Source: a virus
Lineage: Duplodnaviria; Caudoviricetes
Virus record (IMG/VR): IMGVR_UViG_3300029305_001134
Span: 1 to 64,000 of that record
Length of the DNA: 64,000 nt
Reading direction: 5' to 3' (one strand)
The notes under the pieces were generated by a model. The model had not been told where the DNA came from, did no database searches, and worked only from the letters and a program-made list of their open reading frames with translations. The position numbers were made by a program, and so were the translations under genes. Positions within the stretch are counted from its first letter, which is position 1. The number at the start of each line of letters is the position of its first letter. Below are positions 60,730-64,000 of the stretch, piece by piece.

Positions 60730-61365
60730 ATGTTTTTTGAAGATGAGAATGATAGATATCAATATTTTCCACCACAATACGTTTTCGGCGACGATTGTTA
60801 TATACCGGATGAATATATGGAAGAAAAATGGTGGTATATGGATAATAATGACCCAAACTATATGATAAGTAATTACGGCAGAGTCTATTCGACTAAAACA
60901 CGTCGATTCGTGAAGCCTAAAAAAATGGATAGAGAAGGCCATTTAGGAGTAGGATTATGTCGTGACGGTAAACGATTCTATAGATATTTACATAGATTAA
61001 TAGCAGAAGTCTTTATTCCTAATCCACATAATTATCCGATAGTACGACATCTTGACGATAATAAAGAAAATAATGATATTGAAAATTTAGCTTGGGGAAC
61101 ACAAAAAGATAATATGCGTGATGCTGTTCGTAATGGGCGTAACCACAGGTTTACTGCCGAAGATAGAGAAAAAAATCTCGAAATACAGAGAATTCCCATC
61201 AGAGCGATCAATTTGGATACTGGTGAAGAAATAGTATTTAGAAGTCAATCGGAAGCTGCTAGAGAATTAGGTATTTATCAAGCAAATATTTGGAAAGTTC
61301 TTAATGGACAGCGTAATAAAACATGCGGATATTATTTCGAGTATTTAGAAAAACGAGGTGTGTGA
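60730..61365 (+). CDS. HNH homing endonuclease (NUMOD4-HNH-NUMOD1, I-HmuI-like architecture)
   Basis: YMISNYGRVYS; HRLIAEVFIPNP..VRHLDDNKENN..NLAW; FRSQSEAAREL. Confidence 0.9.
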   Translation: MFFEDENDRYQYFPPQYVFGDDCYIPDEYMEEKWWYMDNNDPNYMISNYGRVYSTKTRRFVKPKKMDREGHLGVGLCRDGKRFYRYLHRLIAEVFIPNPHNYPIVRHLDDNKENNDIENLAWGTQKDNMRDAVRNGRNHRFTAEDREKNLEIQRIPIRAINLDTGEEIVFRSQSEAARELGIYQANIWKVLNGQRNKTCGYYFEYLEKRGV

Positions 61366-61366
61366 G

Positions 61367-62704
61367 ATGAGTGAATATGTTAACGCATTTCCAGGCTACG
61401 AATTTAAATATGTAGAAGGATTTAAGACCAAACAGAATATGTATCGTGGAACTAACTTAGGGTTCGGTGGATACGTATATTATGAAGAAGGCGCATATAG
61501 AAACGTTGCACTTCTTGATGTTCAATCCCTTCACCCAGCTTCAATTATCTCTCTGAACAAATTTGGTAAATATACCGACAAATATCGAGAATTGCGTGAT
61601 TTGAGAATTGCAATCAAAGAGCATGATCTCGATAGAGCTAGAAAGATGATGGGGGGAGCTTTAGCGGATTTTCTGAATAACGAGGAGGAAGCCGACCAAT
61701 TAGCACAAGCCGCCAAATTGATATTAAATTCGACCTATGGCTTTTGTTCAGCAACATTCGAAAACCCTTTTAAAGATTCGAGAGATTCAAATAATATCGT
61801 AGCCCTGAAAGGCGCGCTGATGATGCGAACATTACAAGATGAGGTTCAAAAAAGAGGGTTTACTGTAGCTCACATCAAGACCGATAGTATAAAGATACCA
61901 GATGCTACTCCAGAAATCGTAGAATTTGTTATGGAATTCGCTAAACCTTATGGATACGTTTTCGAATTCGAAGCATTATACGACCGAATGTGTTTAGTTA
62001 ATGGTAGTACTTATATCGCTAAGTATGCATCTCCAGAAACTTGTGAAAAAATTCACGGAAGAGTCCCTAAAGATAATAGAAAACATCCTAATGAATGGAC
62101 AGCTACAGCCAAACAATTTCAAGTGCCATATGTATTTAAAACATTATTTAGCAAAGAACCAATCGAATTTAACGATTTATGTGAGACGTTCGAAGTTAAA
62201 GCTGGTGTTCTGAATCTGGATATGAACGAAAATCTAACTGACGTATCGGTGTATGAAACTGAGTATGAAAAATTAGAGGACAAATATAAAAAGGGTCAAT
62301 TATCCGATACAACTTTCGAAAGCGAATGTCAAAGATTGAATGACTTAATCGCTGAAGGACATAATTATCGTTTTATCGGTAGGGTAGGTAGATTCTGTCC
62401 TGTACTACCTGGTAGTAATGGTGGGGTTCTGTATCGTAAACAGAATAATAAATATTATGCTGCTACCGGTTCAAAAGGATTTAGATGGTTGGAAGCGGAG
62501 ACTGTAGATTTATTAGATAAAAAAGATCAAATCGATAAATCGTATTATCATAAATTGGTAGATGATGCTGTCGAAGCTATCTCTAAATATTGTGATTTTG
62601 AACAATTTGTCTCCGATGACCCTTACATACCAGAACCAAAAGAACCAGTATACGATTGGATGAACATTCCAGAAGATGCACCAGAGGAGTTACCATTCGA
62701 CTAA
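61367..62704 (+). CDS. family B-like DNA polymerase catalytic part (C-terminal part of the replicase)
   Basis: LLDVQSLHP, AKLILNSTYG and HIKTDS motifs; RBS GAGGTG before ATG 61367. Confidence 0.87.
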   Translation: MSEYVNAFPGYEFKYVEGFKTKQNMYRGTNLGFGGYVYYEEGAYRNVALLDVQSLHPASIISLNKFGKYTDKYRELRDLRIAIKEHDLDRARKMMGGALADFLNNEEEADQLAQAAKLILNSTYGFCSATFENPFKDSRDSNNIVALKGALMMRTLQDEVQKRGFTVAHIKTDSIKIPDATPEIVEFVMEFAKPYGYVFEFEALYDRMCLVNGSTYIAKYASPETCEKIHGRVPKDNRKHPNEWTATAKQFQVPYVFKTLFSKEPIEFNDLCETFEVKAGVLNLDMNENLTDVSVYETEYEKLEDKYKKGQLSDTTFESECQRLNDLIAEGHNYRFIGRVGRFCPVLPGSNGGVLYRKQNNKYYAATGSKGFRWLEAETVDLLDKKDQIDKSYYHKLVDDAVEAISKYCDFEQFVSDDPYIPEPKEPVYDWMNIPEDAPEELPFD

Positions 62705-62988
62705 TGACATTACAAGACAAAATCGACAGATTACAACGAATAATAATTTTACATTCTTATATTTACTACGAACTTAACGATAACGTAATCTCAGATCGAG
62801 AGTATGACCTTAAATCAAAAGAACTAGTTAAATATAAGAATGACTATCCAGATTTATGGAGGAACTCCGAGTATTATAAACAATTTGGAGACGATTATAA
62901 CGGGTCAACTGGCTTCTCGTTATATCGTGATTTGAATAAACATCAACAAGCCATTATACGCTGCATAGCGAATTACAGACATCAATAA
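62704..62988 (+). CDS. stand-alone NAD-dependent ligase N-terminal (domain Ia)-like protein
   Basis: HSYIYYELNDNVISDREYD. Confidence 0.7.
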   Translation: MTLQDKIDRLQRIIILHSYIYYELNDNVISDREYDLKSKELVKYKNDYPDLWRNSEYYKQFGDDYNGSTGFSLYRDLNKHQQAIIRCIANYRHQ

Positions 62989-63002
62989 AGGAGATTATAT
63001 TT

Positions 63003-63500
63003 ATGAAAATGACATTTGGACCAAGAGACAGAGTAGAAATCGATGACGCTAGAATTTGTCGTAGACATTTCGGAGGACGTGACGACGGTAGATATAACGC
63101 GGAGGGAGATCATAACTTTACTCTGATTATTCCTAATATGGAAATGGCTGACGCACTTATGGAACGCGGATACGCTGTATCTGTCAAACCACCGCAGGAC
63201 GAATATGACGAGCCGTTCATAACTTTGAAAGTAAAAATATATGCAAATAAAGAAACCGGGGATGTCGAATTCGACACTATCGTTAAATCCAGAGGTAATA
63301 TTCAGCGCCTTACAAACGTTGATGAATTTGATATGCTCGACAGAATCGAATTTGCTAAGGTAGACCTGGATATTAAACCTCGTGACTGGACATACGGTAA
63401 GAGAAGCGGACGTACAGCACTTCTTGACGGTATTTGGGTAGAACAGAACGTTAACAGATTTCAGCGTAGACTTGCTGAAGAAGAGTATCCAGAGGAGTAA
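63003..63500 (+). CDS. putative single-stranded DNA-binding protein
   Basis: replication context; beta-rich; acidic C-terminal tail. Confidence 0.55.
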   Translation: MKMTFGPRDRVEIDDARICRRHFGGRDDGRYNAEGDHNFTLIIPNMEMADALMERGYAVSVKPPQDEYDEPFITLKVKIYANKETGDVEFDTIVKSRGNIQRLTNVDEFDMLDRIEFAKVDLDIKPRDWTYGKRSGRTALLDGIWVEQNVNRFQRRLAEEEYPEE

Positions 63501-63502
63501 TT

Positions 63503-63745
63503 ATGAGAAGATTTATTGTATATTTAGTTCGTAAGAGATTAGGAGTTAAGAAGTTCCAGAACTTTAGATTCACTAATCAGAAAGATAAAGCCGTGTATTA
63601 CTTCACCAACTACGAATTAAAGAAAGTCGAATATATTGGCGAGGGTGACAATATGCAGGAACGAGTTTCCTATTCAAACGCGAGTCTTAATTGGCTTATT
63701 AACGATGACTGCAAAGTCGAAATCGTAGAATCAACTCGCGAGTAA
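63503..63745 (+). CDS. hypothetical protein
   Basis: RBS GAGGAG. Confidence 0.68.
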   Translation: MRRFIVYLVRKRLGVKKFQNFRFTNQKDKAVYYFTNYELKKVEYIGEGDNMQERVSYSNASLNWLINDDCKVEIVESTRE

Positions 63746-63762
63746 AACACGTTATATTATGA
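63735..63762 (+). promoter_or_regulatory. isolated copy of the phage promoter-like motif
   Basis: CTCGCG-AGTAAA-ACA-CGTTATA-TTATGA. Confidence 0.75.
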
Positions 63763-63791
63763 GAGATAACTAAATATCTGGAGGGATTGTC

Positions 63792-63914
63792 ATGAACAAA
63801 AATATGTTTAAAGAAATGATTGATCATCCGATTGCAACATTCTTTGTAGTAGGAGTGTTGGTGGATGGAGTATCAATTCTGGCGCATAACTTAGCGAATG
63901 TATTCCGAAAGTAG
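63792..63914 (+). CDS. 40-aa TM microprotein
   Basis: MNKNMFKEMIDHPIATFF...; RBS GAGGG. Confidence 0.6.
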   Translation: MNKNMFKEMIDHPIATFFVVGVLVDGVSILAHNLANVFRK

Positions 63915-63926
63915 TTTGGTTATTAT

Positions 63927-63963
63927 GAAAGGGCTCGGCTTAAACGCTGGGTCCTTTCTTTTT
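63927..63963 (+). terminator. intrinsic terminator
   Basis: GAAAGGGCTCGG..CTGGGTCCTTTC followed by a T-run. Confidence 0.75.
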
Positions 63964-64000
63964 AATTTTGAGCTATGTGATAAATTGCGTAGCGTTATTT

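Noticed and set aside
60725-61367. Group I intron or intein in the polymerase
   Set aside because: Only 4 nt and 1 nt of non-coding spacer flank the HNH, stop codons separate the ORFs, and each ORF has its own RBS.
1-64000. Genome-wide stop-codon reassignment
   Set aside because: Core genes are intact in the standard code, TAA, TAG and TGA are all used as stops, and there is no suppressor tRNA.

Overview
This window is most of the genome of an AT-rich temperate tailed dsDNA phage (siphovirus-type). The host is probably a Firmicute/Clostridia, inferred from the RBS style, a B. subtilis-like tRNA-Ile2, a Firmicute LexA box, an amidase-SH3 endolysin and a phiLC3-like holin. No host genes are seen and nearly all genes are on the + strand. 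Gene order: packaging-associated HNH and paralogous fibre-like genes (190-6857); a structured RNA plus tRNA (6865-7117); head genes, including a protease-scaffold-capsid fusion and three 'LxH-YG..GMKWG' proteins (7165-15453); tail genes with an embedded endolysin, a 2455-aa tape measure, tail-tip genes and holins (15479-36467); an array of small self-contained expression cassettes (36.5-51.2 kb) interrupted by a lysogeny module (large serine recombinase, tandem att-like sites, XRE repressor, LexA-controlled small gene, Cro-like gene); early/middle genes; and a helicase-primase-exonuclease/family-B polymerase split by an HNH homing endonuclease. Most notable observations: (1) 30 copies of a phage-specific promoter-like motif TTCGCG-N6-ACA-N7-TTAT(GA/AG), apparently containing its own +1, which head cassettes for microproteins and at least four structured non-coding RNAs; (2) about 30 strand-polarised TCAAAATGG sites; (3) two tandem 56-bp att-like sites next to a recombinase with an HTH inserted in its zinc ribbon; (4) an intronless split polymerase; (5) a candidate UGA read-through signal; (6) a shared LxH putative protease site linking the capsid scaffold and candidate internal proteins. 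All counts were made by eye and family names come from motif recognition, not database searches.
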